A stretch of DNA of 64,000 nucleotides from a virus (taxonomy: Duplodnaviria; Caudoviricetes). The stretch is from positions 827-64,826 of IMG/VR virus record IMGVR_UViG_3300005529_000009, one strand, 5' to 3'. The position numbers and the translations under genes are program-made. Shown here piece after piece: positions 1-9,210 of this stretch. The notes below the pieces were generated by a model. That model had not been told where the DNA came from and did not search any database. It was given only the letters and a program-made list of their open reading frames with translations. Positions within the stretch are counted from its first letter, which is position 1. Each line of letters opens with the position of its first letter.

Positions 1-3
1 GAC

Positions 4-32
4 TTGACAATTTGTCAAGGGTGTGCTACATT
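4..32 (+). promoter_or_regulatory. sigma70-type promoter driving the left small-ORF array
   Basis: TTGACA (4-9), 17-bp spacer, TG-n-TACATT extended -10 (24-32); the -35 lies in the palindrome CTTGACAA-T-TTGTCAAG (3-19). Confidence 0.75.
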
Positions 33-57
33 GTGTTTTGTGAATAGGGATAACGCC

Positions 58-228
58 ATGAAATTCAAGGTCGGCGATAAGGTCGAATGGACGGGTAGTT
101 CCGGGACCGGAGAAAGAGGGACCGTGACGCACGTTCTCGGCAAGAAGTTTGAAGTCACATGGAGCGACGGCGGGTGCTATACCTACGAGGATTGGCCAGG
201 CGGCTCCGTCCGCAAGATAGGGAAGTAG
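58..228 (+). CDS. small hypothetical protein, SH3/KOW-like (FKVGDKVEW)
   Basis: ATG at 58 after AGGGA; FKVGDKV..G..GTV pattern is common in small phage beta-barrel proteins. Confidence 0.6.
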   Translation: MKFKVGDKVEWTGSSGTGERGTVTHVLGKKFEVTWSDGGCYTYEDWPGGSVRKIGK

Positions 229-237
229 GCCTCTCAA

Positions 238-486
238 ATGAGACACATCATTGGATTGGCTGGATGCCAAAAAGGAAGCGGTCCCGCAGAACTTGAAAGC
301 GGCGACCTAATCAGTGTCCGTATCGTTGATTGTGAGGACAATCATATTGCATTGCGCATCGGTATAAATCCCGACGCAGCTCGGCTTACTGTTGATGAAG
401 CGGAGCATATTTCGAGGTTGCTTGCCGAAGCGGCGGTCAGGGCACGATCACGGCGACCAAAACAGGAGGTTGAGGAAACTCAATAA
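238..486 (+). CDS. hypothetical protein
   Basis: ORF track; flanked by array junction motifs. Confidence 0.6.
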   Translation: MRHIIGLAGCQKGSGPAELESGDLISVRIVDCEDNHIALRIGINPDAARLTVDEAEHISRLLAEAAVRARSRRPKQEVEETQ

Positions 487-606
487 AGCCCGCTATGCGT
501 TTGGCGGTATGCAGCACGAAAATGAGCAATGCCCGCTTGAAGGCGGACCCAAGCTAATTGGCTCGGCTGCATACCACCTAACTCATGGCCGAAAGGAATA
601 GCCCCG

Positions 607-789
607 ATGGGCGGACAATCCGATCAAATCGCACGACATGAGAAACTCAGCCGCGAAGCCGAATGGTGGCGACAGATTTATGGCAGCAAAAAAGAACTTG
701 CCGATGCGTTTATGGTATGGGCGAAACAAGGCCTAATAATTTGGTGCCGAAAGAATGGCATCAAAGTCAAGAAACAAAACTCAGGATAG
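607..789 (+). CDS. hypothetical protein
   Basis: ORF follows the AAGGAATAGCCCCG-ATG junction. Confidence 0.55.
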   Translation: MGGQSDQIARHEKLSREAEWWRQIYGSKKELADAFMVWAKQGLIIWCRKNGIKVKKQNSG

Positions 790-797
790 CCCCCCCG

Positions 798-1040
798 ATG
801 GCAAAGTCATATTGGCGTTATGGCAGCGCTGAGAGCGGCGGTAGTTCTTACCTGATTATATCGGAACTTGAACCCCAGACGCGGAAGATCATGCTGGCGA
901 TGGGGGGCGAGCAGCCATCAGAAAATGACTGGTCGATTTTCTTCATGCGTTCTGGTGGTTCAATGAGCGGCGCGATTTGTGAAAGAATGGAAATGGCGCA
1001 CAACGTCGCCAAGTCGCAATCCGCAAAACAGGAAGGTTGA
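798..1040 (+). CDS. hypothetical protein
   Basis: Start moved to ATG 798 after the AGGATAGCCCCCCCG junction. Confidence 0.55.
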   Translation: MAKSYWRYGSAESGGSSYLIISELEPQTRKIMLAMGGEQPSENDWSIFFMRSGGSMSGAICERMEMAHNVAKSQSAKQEG

Positions 1041-1059
1041 GGAAACTCAATAAAGGCCC

Positions 1060-1371
1060 ATGAGAGTGAACATCTACGCCGAGGAAATGCCGGACGAACC
1101 GCGCATTGAGATCATCGAGAAGGAAATCGATGGCAACAAGTTCACCGCCTTGCGTATCTATCTGGAACTGCCAGTGACGAAGGAAGTCGTGGAGGAAACC
1201 CACGTCGGTCCCGTCATCAAGACGGTGCAAGTCAAGGGACCATTCATGCACCGTCCAGGCGACGACGATAGCGCGGCGGTCACGTTTTGGGGCAAGCGCG
1301 ACTTGCGCGTGCTTCTACGTCGAGCGCTCGATGTGCTCGATGCACACTATGCAAAACGAGAGGCGGCCTAG
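1060..1371 (+). CDS. hypothetical phage protein
   Basis: 103-aa ORF with normal composition; array junction upstream. Confidence 0.7.
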   Translation: MRVNIYAEEMPDEPRIEIIEKEIDGNKFTALRIYLELPVTKEVVEETHVGPVIKTVQVKGPFMHRPGDDDSAAVTFWGKRDLRVLLRRALDVLDAHYAKREAA

Positions 1372-1390
1372 TTGGTCGAATAGCCCCGCT

Positions 1391-1633
1391 ATGTGGCAAC
1401 CGATTGAGACAGCGCCGAAAGATGGAACTAAGTTCCTCATCGTCAGAGACGACGCTGAATACGAACTATGCGAATGGTGCGAGCATCTTCCGTTGTTCAA
1501 CTACGAACACGTCGAAGGCGACCTATATCGGCGCGTACAGATAGAGAAGGATCGCCCCGGTTTCTGGAACTGCGGCATGCAGAGGGCTGTCGGTTGGATG
1601 CGACTGCCGGCGCCGCCAGATCGAAAGGAATAG
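1391..1633 (+). CDS. DUF551-like small phage protein
   Basis: N-terminal WQPIETAPKDGT and C-terminal WMRLPAPP. Confidence 0.7.
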   Translation: MWQPIETAPKDGTKFLIVRDDAEYELCEWCEHLPLFNYEHVEGDLYRRVQIEKDRPGFWNCGMQRAVGWMRLPAPPDRKE

Positions 1634-1639
1634 GCCCCG

Positions 1640-1858
1640 ATGGCTGACACGGCGGCAGAGGCGATGCTGGAAGCGCGCTGCGAAGAACTTGAGCGCGCGG
1701 GCCGCATGGTTGAACGTCAACTTCGCAAATACCTAGCTGGCGCGCTATGCGCGGTGTGTGGTGAACCGCTTGGCGAGGACCGCCAAATCATCATGGACGA
1801 TAACGAGCGAACGCTGCACGAAGAATGTCTCGATAAGGAGGGTGACGAAAGTCACTAA
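1640..1858 (+). CDS. hypothetical protein with CxxC...HxxC zinc motif
   Basis: CAVCGEP...LHEEC. Confidence 0.65.
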   Translation: MADTAAEAMLEARCEELERAGRMVERQLRKYLAGALCAVCGEPLGEDRQIIMDDNERTLHEECLDKEGDESH

Positions 1859-1865
1859 AGGCCCC

Positions 1866-2372
1866 TTGGAAAAGAGCCGCTACCAGATTGAACTAGAGGC
1901 GCTTCCGCCATGGGCGCAAAAGATGGTCAGTGCCCTCACTAGATGCGGCGGCTACGGGACTGGAAGCGCTGAGGATTGGGAAGATCGGGAAGGTAAATAT
2001 GAAAAGTTCCATGTTCTTATTAATTCCGAGAAAAGCGACGAATGGTTCGGCGGTTTCCTCGAAATGAAAGAACTTGCTGGAGCACTCACCGCACCATGGC
2101 CCAAGCCTGTTCCGACGCCGCACGAAGAACTGACGACTAGCAATCTAGTGGAAATGATCCACGATTACGATGACGAGGAAGGCGGCGGCTTCGACCAGCC
2201 GTGCCACTACGGCAACCGTTGCGGGTATCATGCTGTCTATTGTCACAATGATGCTTGGCCGGATGGTCCGAGAAAATGCCGACGTAACCGCACCGATTAT
2301 CGACACGAAGAATGCCCCGGATTCTATCCAAACAATCTCTATAAATCGGAGGCTGACCAAAAGTCAGGATAG
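1866..2372 (+). CDS. hypothetical protein, Cys/His-rich C-terminus
   Basis: ORF 1758-2372; TTG at 1866 fits the TAAAGGCCCC junction pattern; start uncertain. Confidence 0.6.
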   Translation: MEKSRYQIELEALPPWAQKMVSALTRCGGYGTGSAEDWEDREGKYEKFHVLINSEKSDEWFGGFLEMKELAGALTAPWPKPVPTPHEELTTSNLVEMIHDYDDEEGGGFDQPCHYGNRCGYHAVYCHNDAWPDGPRKCRRNRTDYRHEECPGFYPNNLYKSEADQKSG

Positions 2373-2376
2373 CCCG

Positions 2377-2628
2377 ATGGATTCGCTTCTTGAGCGCCAC
2401 ATAGCCAGGCGCCCTCTCACGTCTCAGCAAGAAGCGTGCGCTTTGACGGTGCGGCAATCGCTCGCGGCTTTAGGGCCGTGCGAGCCAAGCATCGTCCGGA
2501 CGGTATCGGTCGCTCTCGCGAAGGGTCTTTTCGGGGAAGCTTTCAATGCAGCGTCAGACGATCAACGTCGGCAGTGGATCGACCTGATGGAGAGTGAATA
2601 TCGCGCTGCCGCCAACTTGGATTCATAG
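2377..2628 (+). CDS. hypothetical protein
   Basis: ATG after the AGGATAGCCCG junction. Confidence 0.55.
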   Translation: MDSLLERHIARRPLTSQQEACALTVRQSLAALGPCEPSIVRTVSVALAKGLFGEAFNAASDDQRRQWIDLMESEYRAAANLDS

Positions 2629-2645
2629 GCCGCTTCCCCGCCAAC

Positions 2646-2670
2646 AAAAAAGCCGCAGACGATGCGGCTT
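2646..2670 (-). terminator. intrinsic terminator ending the late/lysis transcript at the convergence point
   Basis: AAGCCGCA-gacga-TGCGGCTT hairpin with A6 on its left (U-tract on the - strand). Confidence 0.7.
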
Positions 2671-2986
2671 AAGTCCTAGGAGGGATTACGGGGATGGTTA
2701 CACCGCACCATTTGCCTAGCACCGAATAACGCTCATGCGGCGTGCCGGATAGGTCGGCCACAATTTCCCATCCCAATGCCGTCCATTGTTCAATCTCATC
2801 AATCAGGATGTAATGGAACCACTGATCGCCTTGTTCGTCGCGTCTATCGCTAGACGTTTCAGTTGGGTCGGCCTCAAGACGACGATCATGCAATCGGCAT
2901 CTCCGTTTCCGATGACCAGTTCTGCCGGTCCATTGGGTGCATCGCGCAAATAGACAAGCTTGAACTCGGTTGTAGTCATTCGTCAT
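2669..2986 (-). CDS. hypothetical protein (start uncertain)
   Basis: ORF track; last ORF of the - strand block. Confidence 0.4.
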   Translation of the reverse strand: MTNDYNRVQACLFARCTQWTGRTGHRKRRCRLHDRRLEADPTETSSDRRDEQGDQWFHYILIDEIEQWTALGWEIVADLSGTPHERYSVLGKWCGVTIPVIPPRT

Positions 2987-3191
2987 CTTTGGTGAAATTG
3001 AACGCTCGGCGTCCGTTTGCCGTGGATCGCGGATGGCGGTTTAGGCGCGCGTAAAGGAAACTTCTTTTCCCCCGGCGCTCGATCTTGAAGTCCATGTCGT
3101 GTGTTAGACTACAGTCGCAGCACATGATGCGCTCACCCCTGAGCGTCAATCTGATCCACTCGCCGTCGAAGATTTGCTTAGCTCGGGGCAT
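2976..3191 (-). CDS. small Cys-rich protein (CCDCxLxH)
   Basis: Translationally coupled to the phosphoesterase gene. Confidence 0.65.
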   Translation of the reverse strand: MPRAKQIFDGEWIRLTLRGERIMCCDCSLTHDMDFKIERRGKRSFLYARLNRHPRSTANGRRAFNFTKDDE

Positions 3192-4150
3192 CAGACCTTT
3201 ACCAGTTTTCCCCGAAATTGCACATGCTCATCGTCCCATTTCAAGACCAGTTCGGGCTGCAATAGTGCGCCATCAACAAATGTCAGAACAACGAAAGCGG
3301 AGCGCCAATTTTTAGGGTTGTCTTCAGTGTAGTCGATAAAGGCTTTGGCGTCCGTGTCGGCTATGCAGCCGCCGTCCACGCCGTATCGTGTGCCATCGTA
3401 ATCATCGAACGGCGTTACCTTTGCGGAATGCAAGTGGCCGGTGATTATGGTTTTTCCAGACCAAATAGTATTGTTATGTGGAGCATGCATCCCACCACGA
3501 AATCTATGCTTCACCACAACATCGTCATTGATCCATGCCGACCATGCACTTCGCCAATTAGGAAAATTATCATGGAGATGCATGCCGTGTATTTTGGCGT
3601 ATTCAGGAGCAACCGATGCTAGTCTCGTTTCAAAGCGAGCATCATGGTTTCCCAGCGTCCAAACCTTTTCTGCCTTGAAGGCCGCGAGTTCTATTTCGTG
3701 CAGGCGTTCCTTGGCAGTCTCTATTTCGTCGGAAAGCTGCGGCCTTTTCTCCCAGCCGATCGGTGGATGACGGGAGATTTGCGGAGCGTCAATCACGTCG
3801 CCATTGAGAATAACGGCCCTTGGCTTTAACTCCTTGCAGAAATGAACAAGCCCCCGATGTGCGCAACTTCGGGGGCCTGGCCAGTAGTGGGCATCACTAG
3901 CGATGATGACGTTACCGTCTTTAACCTCAAGGTCCACCCTATGCGGGTATTCCTTTCGTGGAGATATTTTCGTGCCAGATGCGCCGCCGTTGGGAGCGAT
4001 AATCCTGATATTAAGCCGCCGCTCAATCGAAGTGCGGCGCCGATGAACATTTCGCAGGGACACATGCAGACGTTTGGCTAATTCAGTTGCGCCGACCGTC
4101 TGAAACAGAGTAACAAAGTCAGCATCGCTGACTTTTGGAGAGGCTGTCAT
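3191..4150 (-). CDS. calcineurin-like metallophosphoesterase with N-terminal HTH-like segment
   Basis: SDAH, NGDVID, GNHD, KH and GHLH metal-binding motifs. Confidence 0.85.
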   Translation of the reverse strand: MTASPKVSDADFVTLFQTVGATELAKRLHVSLRNVHRRRTSIERRLNIRIIAPNGGASGTKISPRKEYPHRVDLEVKDGNVIIASDAHYWPGPRSCAHRGLVHFCKELKPRAVILNGDVIDAPQISRHPPIGWEKRPQLSDEIETAKERLHEIELAAFKAEKVWTLGNHDARFETRLASVAPEYAKIHGMHLHDNFPNWRSAWSAWINDDVVVKHRFRGGMHAPHNNTIWSGKTIITGHLHSAKVTPFDDYDGTRYGVDGGCIADTDAKAFIDYTEDNPKNWRSAFVVLTFVDGALLQPELVLKWDDEHVQFRGKLVKV

Positions 4151-4473
4151 TTCCCGTATTTGACATGCGATGGGAGGGGAAGCACAAATCCCTCGCCATG
4201 TGCTAATTCATCAACCCGCTTATCGATAAGCAGCAGCCGTTCTGACATTGCGTCGATTCGATTGTTTTGAACCGCCTGCTGCGTGACCACTTGGGTTAGG
4301 GTTTTCATCTCCGATTTTAGGTCGCCAATGGCGACGTTCTGATTGCTTAGCGTTGTCTCCATGATGCCAGCCATGCGGCCGATCTTACCGACCGTCAGAA
4401 CACACGTAATGACGACGGAGAGGATTGCTGCGGTAGCTGCAAAGATGGCCGCAAGTTCTGCCCACGTCATCAA
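4147..4473 (-). CDS. membrane-anchored coiled-coil protein (lysis cluster)
   Basis: N-terminal TM helix followed by a heptad region. Confidence 0.6.
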   Translation of the reverse strand: MMTWAELAAIFAATAAILSVVITCVLTVGKIGRMAGIMETTLSNQNVAIGDLKSEMKTLTQVVTQQAVQNNRIDAMSERLLLIDKRVDELAHGEGFVLPLPSHVKYGK

Positions 4474-4808
4474 TCTAACTTTTTGATATAGACCGCATAT
4501 ACGCCACGGCCCAAAGCTTTAGCGCCGAGATATTCGATTGAACATGGACATTGCGGAACGACGCGCGTTCCGCCCGGTGACATTCCGAAGGCGGCTTCCA
4601 TCACAGAAATAAAACCATCACGGGGAGCTGCCATTGCGCCAATGGCGAAGGCGATGAGCAACGCAACAAAAAGAACCAGACCGATCGCCGCTTTCGCTAA
4701 ACCCAAATACGCATCCAATGGCGTAGTGCCGTAGCGCACTTGATGAAAGCCCCAGGCAAACAACATGAGGCTGACACCGAGAAAGAACCAAGAAACAATC
4801 TGCATCAT
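4470..4808 (-). CDS. two-TM membrane protein
   Basis: Two hydrophobic helices; coupled overlaps with neighbours. Confidence 0.55.
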   Translation of the reverse strand: MMQIVSWFFLGVSLMLFAWGFHQVRYGTTPLDAYLGLAKAAIGLVLFVALLIAFAIGAMAAPRDGFISVMEAAFGMSPGGTRVVPQCPCSIEYLGAKALGRGVYAVYIKKLD

Positions 4809-5569
4809 GCGGTGATCCTGGCATAGTCGTTCCGCAATCCAGTCAGATCGAAACCCTGCGGGGAAAGGTTCTTGGCGCTTAATCTCTCAAGAGACAAAAA
4901 TGCCATTCCTTCATCCATATACTGAGAAAGAAAGGTCGGAGTGATAGCTTGCAATCTTCCCCACGTGATGCAGATCCAACTGCCAATTGAATTTCTACCA
5001 ATAACAGGAATGTAATGGCCTCCCGCAGTCCCGCTATCACTGACAACGCTCCACGGCTCGAAAAGTTGAAATTGGTCTATTGCGGAATTGGGCAATTGAA
5101 CTCCAATCCCGACGCAACCGAACAAATAAACCGCGAGTGCGAGTTGGCTAATGTCGCCCACTCTCAATGCAGCATAGATGTCGATCTTGTGCCGCTGGCC
5201 GGACGCATCGAGGATGCCGACCTTCTGCCGGTAGGCGGCATATTGCTGAACGTCGGTTCCCTGATCGGTGGAATTGTCCCCGATCTTGTATCCACTTCCG
5301 CAGTCCTGATAGTCCTTGAGAATGACACTGTTTGAAAACAGCGGCGGCGCATAGCCGGCATCCGCCTTGAGCAACATAGTTTCGTGGGCTGCACCACTTT
5401 CTACACAGCAACCGAATTGGTCATTCGCTAAAACTCTCCAGTTCTGCGGCCACGACTTGAAGTTGCCGATGACCGCAGGAACCGAAGGCAGTTCAGTCGC
5501 GTCCAGATAAGCGGCAAGCCGAAGCTTGGGCGCCTCTGGACGCGCTGGTTTTTTACCTAAACAGAACAC
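4805..5569 (-). CDS. papain-like (clan CA) cysteine peptidase
   Basis: NDQFGCCV (catalytic Cys region), GGHYIPVIG (His), ITWG. Confidence 0.65.
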   Translation of the reverse strand: MFCLGKKPARPEAPKLRLAAYLDATELPSVPAVIGNFKSWPQNWRVLANDQFGCCVESGAAHETMLLKADAGYAPPLFSNSVILKDYQDCGSGYKIGDNSTDQGTDVQQYAAYRQKVGILDASGQRHKIDIYAALRVGDISQLALAVYLFGCVGIGVQLPNSAIDQFQLFEPWSVVSDSGTAGGHYIPVIGRNSIGSWICITWGRLQAITPTFLSQYMDEGMAFLSLERLSAKNLSPQGFDLTGLRNDYARITA

Positions 5570-5935
5570 TTAGTTCGCCCGCCAGCCGCGGACAACGACA
5601 TCATGCGGCGTAACGCCAATCGTAGCTGGCGCAACGCCATAAGCGGCGTGGGGGAGTGCCCTGTATCTTGCACTCGCGGGCGGGGGTGCTGCTTTGCAAA
5701 TGTCCGCCTCGATCGCCGCCTCGCCGGATGCGACGATGGCGATCAGTCCCGCACTGCCAGGGAACATGGCGGCTGCAACCGAGGTAATGGTTGCCAATGT
5801 CGGGACGATGCCGCAGGCGGCTGCAACGCTGGCCTGAATGTCGCCCTCGATAGCGGTGGTTGCCGATTCGATCTGAGCGGTCGTGCAAGCCCCCAATGTA
5901 GTACACAAAGCAGTAGCGAGCATGAACTTACGCAT
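5570..5935 (-). CDS. lipoprotein (possible spanin/envelope component)
   Basis: Type II signal peptide MRKFMLATALCTTLGA-C. Confidence 0.65.
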   Translation of the reverse strand: MRKFMLATALCTTLGACTTAQIESATTAIEGDIQASVAAACGIVPTLATITSVAAAMFPGSAGLIAIVASGEAAIEADICKAAPPPASARYRALPHAAYGVAPATIGVTPHDVVVRGWRAN

Positions 5936-5961
5936 GCGGTAGTCTCCTTTGGTTGTAGGAT

Positions 5962-6318
5962 TTAAGAAGGAAGTTTTTCGACCAGCGGCACGCCAGCGGC
6001 GACCGCGAGTTTCTTGTCAGTCGTGACGACTGCCGCGTGATCGAGAGAATTGACTGATTTCGCTTGGCTTACGGGACTTGCCGACTTCCAGCCCATGCGA
6101 GCGATGGCCGCCATGATGACCGGGAAGACCAGGCCAGCAAGCAGATAACCGTCGCTTATAGTTTGCTGGAGGTCAGTCAAGACCTTCTGCGATTGGTCAA
6201 CAATGGAATGCGCCGTATCGGCCGGGAGAAGCCCTATGGTAACGATAATCGCCCCAGCCGTGGCGATGTAGCCGCTGACATAACGAATGCCCTCGCCGAT
6301 CTGTGCTTGAGTAATCAT
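5962..6318 (-). CDS. putative holin
   Basis: Two TM segments, lysis-cluster location; start at MITQAQ. Confidence 0.5.
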   Translation of the reverse strand: MITQAQIGEGIRYVSGYIATAGAIIVTIGLLPADTAHSIVDQSQKVLTDLQQTISDGYLLAGLVFPVIMAAIARMGWKSASPVSQAKSVNSLDHAAVVTTDKKLAVAAGVPLVEKLPS

Positions 6319-6323
6319 ATGAC

Positions 6324-6572
6324 TTAGCTCCAGTGGTTGTGCGGGAATAACGGCAAGCCGCCCCCACCGAGGCACGACAGAAGAGCAAAGACAAAATAGA
6401 TGACGAAAATCAACACCACGGCCCAGAGAATAATACTGAGAACCTGAGCGATGATAGGAATACCGAGTTGCGCGGCAACCCACGGCACAACCAACTTTAA
6501 GATCATGATGATTGCAACTACGATGACAAGCCAGACCAAGAGCTGTTCAAGCCAGCCAAGAGAAAAGCACAT
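6324..6572 (-). CDS. small very hydrophobic membrane protein
   Basis: Two long TM helices; AGGAG RBS. Confidence 0.7.
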   Translation of the reverse strand: MCFSLGWLEQLLVWLVIVVAIIMILKLVVPWVAAQLGIPIIAQVLSIILWAVVLIFVIYFVFALLSCLGGGGLPLFPHNHWS

Positions 6573-6584
6573 AAAAAATCTCCT

Positions 6585-6776
6585 TTAACTTTTTTCCGTA
6601 GCGCGGAACGCGTCAAGGGTGTCTACCGCCGTCTTGGCGCATGCGTTTGCCAGTTGGATCGCCATGCCGCCTGGAATCATTCCCTGCGCCCAGCCCGGAA
6701 CATCGGCGGAGATTTCGCCATTGATGAGCTTAAGCAGCGCATTCGCAACCGCAGTGTATTCAGCGGGAGTGGCCAT
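6585..6776 (-). CDS. hypothetical protein
   Basis: GGAGA RBS; ORF track. Confidence 0.6.
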   Translation of the reverse strand: MATPAEYTAVANALLKLINGEISADVPGWAQGMIPGGMAIQLANACAKTAVDTLDAFRATEKS

Positions 6777-6866
6777 GTTATCTCCACGGAGCCATGTAAT
6801 TGACGAAGAAGATCGCGAGGACAGAACCGATAAAGCTGCCCGCTATTGCTACGAAGAAAAGCAGCG

Positions 6867-7367
6867 TCATAGTTGCTTGACCTCTGCGATTGTGCGGGCG
6901 TGAAGCGTGCTGTCGTACTGAACCGCCAAATGTTGCTCAGCGATAGGAACGGTTTCCAGATAGCCCTTGAAGCCGTTTATCGCTGTCAGCTTGCCGCCGC
7001 CCAAGCCGAACATCATCGGAGATTGGTTGTAATAACAAATCGCGCGAGCGACGTTGTTGCCGATCTGACACATTTGCCATTCGGGTGACGGGTCGTAGAG
7101 AACCATCAACTCAATATTCAGCTTTGAGAAATCAGCGAGCCACGTTGCGCGGCTTCCGCCCCCCGAATATCCGATGACCGCGGTTTTCTCGGTCGGCTTT
7201 TGTTGCCACATCGCCTGCCAAGCAACCTGCCATGAAGACCAGAAATAAGTTTGACATGTAACGTTGGGCAGCTTGCTCAGAGAGTCGGCCAGTCCGTACA
7301 TACCCCGCGAGGTCACGGCCCCGTCAGGCCCGAACAGGCCGCCGAGTAAGATGTGAACCCTCACCAT
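6867..7367 (-). CDS. minimal alpha/beta hydrolase-fold protein
   Basis: VIGYSGGG (GxSxG elbow), LYDP, C-terminal His (EQHL). Confidence 0.65.
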   Translation of the reverse strand: MVRVHILLGGLFGPDGAVTSRGMYGLADSLSKLPNVTCQTYFWSSWQVAWQAMWQQKPTEKTAVIGYSGGGSRATWLADFSKLNIELMVLYDPSPEWQMCQIGNNVARAICYYNQSPMMFGLGGGKLTAINGFKGYLETVPIAEQHLAVQYDSTLHARTIAEVKQL

Positions 7368-7531
7368 TAGGGGTTAACGGTAAGATTCACTTCGACCACT
7401 TGATATTTGAACATCATTTCGAGAGAAACTTGTTTCATCTCATCCATTGACATGACCTTCATGCTTTTGCCGTCCGGGTTGAGGATGGCTTGCATTAAGC
7501 CGTCTGCATCCTGAAAGATGATGACGAACAT

Positions 7532-8155
7532 CTAACTTCTCCCAAAATTTGGTTCGTAATCGCCAATATCGGGGGCATTCGCGAAATCGCTATCGACATC
7601 GAGACCGGCAAGTTTCTGTTCCGGTCCTTGAATCAGATCGGCCTTGGCGTGCCATTCGGAATATTTCATCCAGCCGCGCGATTGCGCCTGCCATGTCAGA
7701 TCAACGAGTCCTAGGCTTTTGACGGCCTCGCAGACAGCACCCGAACCATAAACCCCCACCCGGTAATAATTGTCGTCAAAGTAGGCTGCTATCCCCTCGA
7801 AATACGGAATAACGAGCGTGCGGATTTGCGGAAGGTCGAAATCATTATCGACAGCAAAATATATGCACGCGCTATGGGGAGCACCAAGGCTAGAAGCAGT
7901 TGCGCGGCAATAGCCGCCATCCCTAACGCCGTCAAATTGCGAAATGCCCTTGCCGTCAACGCCGCCCCATCCTTCGCAAATCAGGCCAATACGAAAGCCT
8001 GCCGCCGCTACTGTTTTAACGCGCTGCGGGGTCCAGCATTTTTCGCCGTGCGGATTGATGGAGGACAGATAGCCGAAGATAGTCCTTACGCCTGCCGCTT
8101 TAAGCTGCGCCAAGTGGGGCGTCGGATCGGAAGCAACGTCGATAATAAGGATCAA
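7532..8155 (-). CDS. DUF1906/Rv2525c-like glycoside hydrolase, probable endolysin
   Basis: LICE, IYFAVDND, GVYGSG and LDVDSD motifs; TTG start overlaps the upstream stop. Confidence 0.8.
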   Translation of the reverse strand: MILIIDVASDPTPHLAQLKAAGVRTIFGYLSSINPHGEKCWTPQRVKTVAAAGFRIGLICEGWGGVDGKGISQFDGVRDGGYCRATASSLGAPHSACIYFAVDNDFDLPQIRTLVIPYFEGIAAYFDDNYYRVGVYGSGAVCEAVKSLGLVDLTWQAQSRGWMKYSEWHAKADLIQGPEQKLAGLDVDSDFANAPDIGDYEPNFGRS

Positions 8156-8379
8156 TCGACGTGCTCCCCTTTGGGGGCTTCTGGCGCGGTATGAAACGCC
8201 CTGTCCTCGAGCTTCCACGGCGCCGGCCAGCAGGCAGTCTTTCCCGGCAAAAACGGATCGGCCTTCTCTAAAGCGCGAACGCATTCCGCCTGATCGGTAA
8301 AGGCAGGCGAGTTAGGGACCGGTATCAAGCCGACTTGCGGAGCGAGAATGTAGAAGAGCCATAAAGTTGCAGTGGTCAT
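8152..8379 (-). CDS. hypothetical protein
   Basis: GAGGG RBS; ORF track. Confidence 0.5.
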   Translation of the reverse strand: MTTATLWLFYILAPQVGLIPVPNSPAFTDQAECVRALEKADPFLPGKTACWPAPWKLEDRAFHTAPEAPKGEHVD

Positions 8380-8442
8380 GCTACCCTCGCAAATTCGCCA
8401 TAGTGCTGACGGGCGGCAGCGCAATAGGCAAGATGGGCTGCC

Positions 8443-8619
8443 TCAGCGGTCGGAAAATTCCCGATGTGAATTTTCTTGCCGAACCGATAAATTTGGGCTG
8501 CGGCGCATAATCCAGTCATAGACGGCACTTGCGCCGTCTATGACTTGAGGCAACGTACAATCGCGTAATTGCGATTGTGCAATCTTAAGCGATTCAATCC
8601 TCAGTTCTTGATCGTTCAT
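8443..8619 (-). CDS. hypothetical protein
   Basis: ELRIESLKIA helix; GAGG RBS. Confidence 0.5.
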   Translation of the reverse strand: MNDQELRIESLKIAQSQLRDCTLPQVIDGASAVYDWIMRRSPNLSVRQENSHREFSDR

Positions 8620-8715
8620 TTTACTTGACCTCATGTGGCCCCTTTTGGATCGGAGCACTGGTCCATTTTGGGGCTAAAGGGGCCAGTAACGCACATATTC
8701 CGCTGATAGCATTGA

Positions 8716-9210
8716 TCAACTCATAGATGACGGCATGAAGCAACGGATGTACCAGACTTGAACACCGTCGGCCCATTTCATCTTGCCGGTCGCGACATCC
8801 AACTCTCCGCATGGAGTTTGACCAGCCATGCCGTTACCGTTGGCAAACGAGCAAACAGGCCAGACAACAGAAATGCCCGCGAGGTTCGGCGTAGTGATTA
8901 CGGCATCAGGTTCCACGTTGATCCATTTACCCCGCAGACGAACACGATAGCGGCCGTCCTGAGTATCCCAATCAACATCATCAACCCGAAATCCGTCGGC
9001 AAAACTGCAACAGGGGCCACGGCCGGGACTGGCGAGCGAGTTCCACCATTCTTTTGTTGGTGCTTTGCCATCGCTGGCCATCTTTGCCCAATAGCCGGAA
9101 CGGTCATGCGCATGTGCAGGCTTTAGCGGCCACAAAGAGATGAACATCCAAACAGCCAGGATGGCGATAAGGAAGCCGATGAAGATGGTGAGTTTATTAG
9201 CAGTTTTCAT
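8716..9210 (-). CDS. exported Cys-rich protein
   Basis: Signal/TM then AHA-HD, PCCSFADG and IRCF. Confidence 0.7.
   Translation of the reverse strand: MKTANKLTIFIGFLIAILAVWMFISLWPLKPAHAHDRSGYWAKMASDGKAPTKEWWNSLASPGRGPCCSFADGFRVDDVDWDTQDGRYRVRLRGKWINVEPDAVITTPNLAGISVVWPVCSFANGNGMAGQTPCGELDVATGKMKWADGVQVWYIRCFMPSSMS

Noticed and set aside
221-2640. CRISPR array or integron attC sites in the repeated junctions
   Set aside because: Repeats are degenerate, separated by gene-sized ORFs and not palindromic; no cas or intI gene is present
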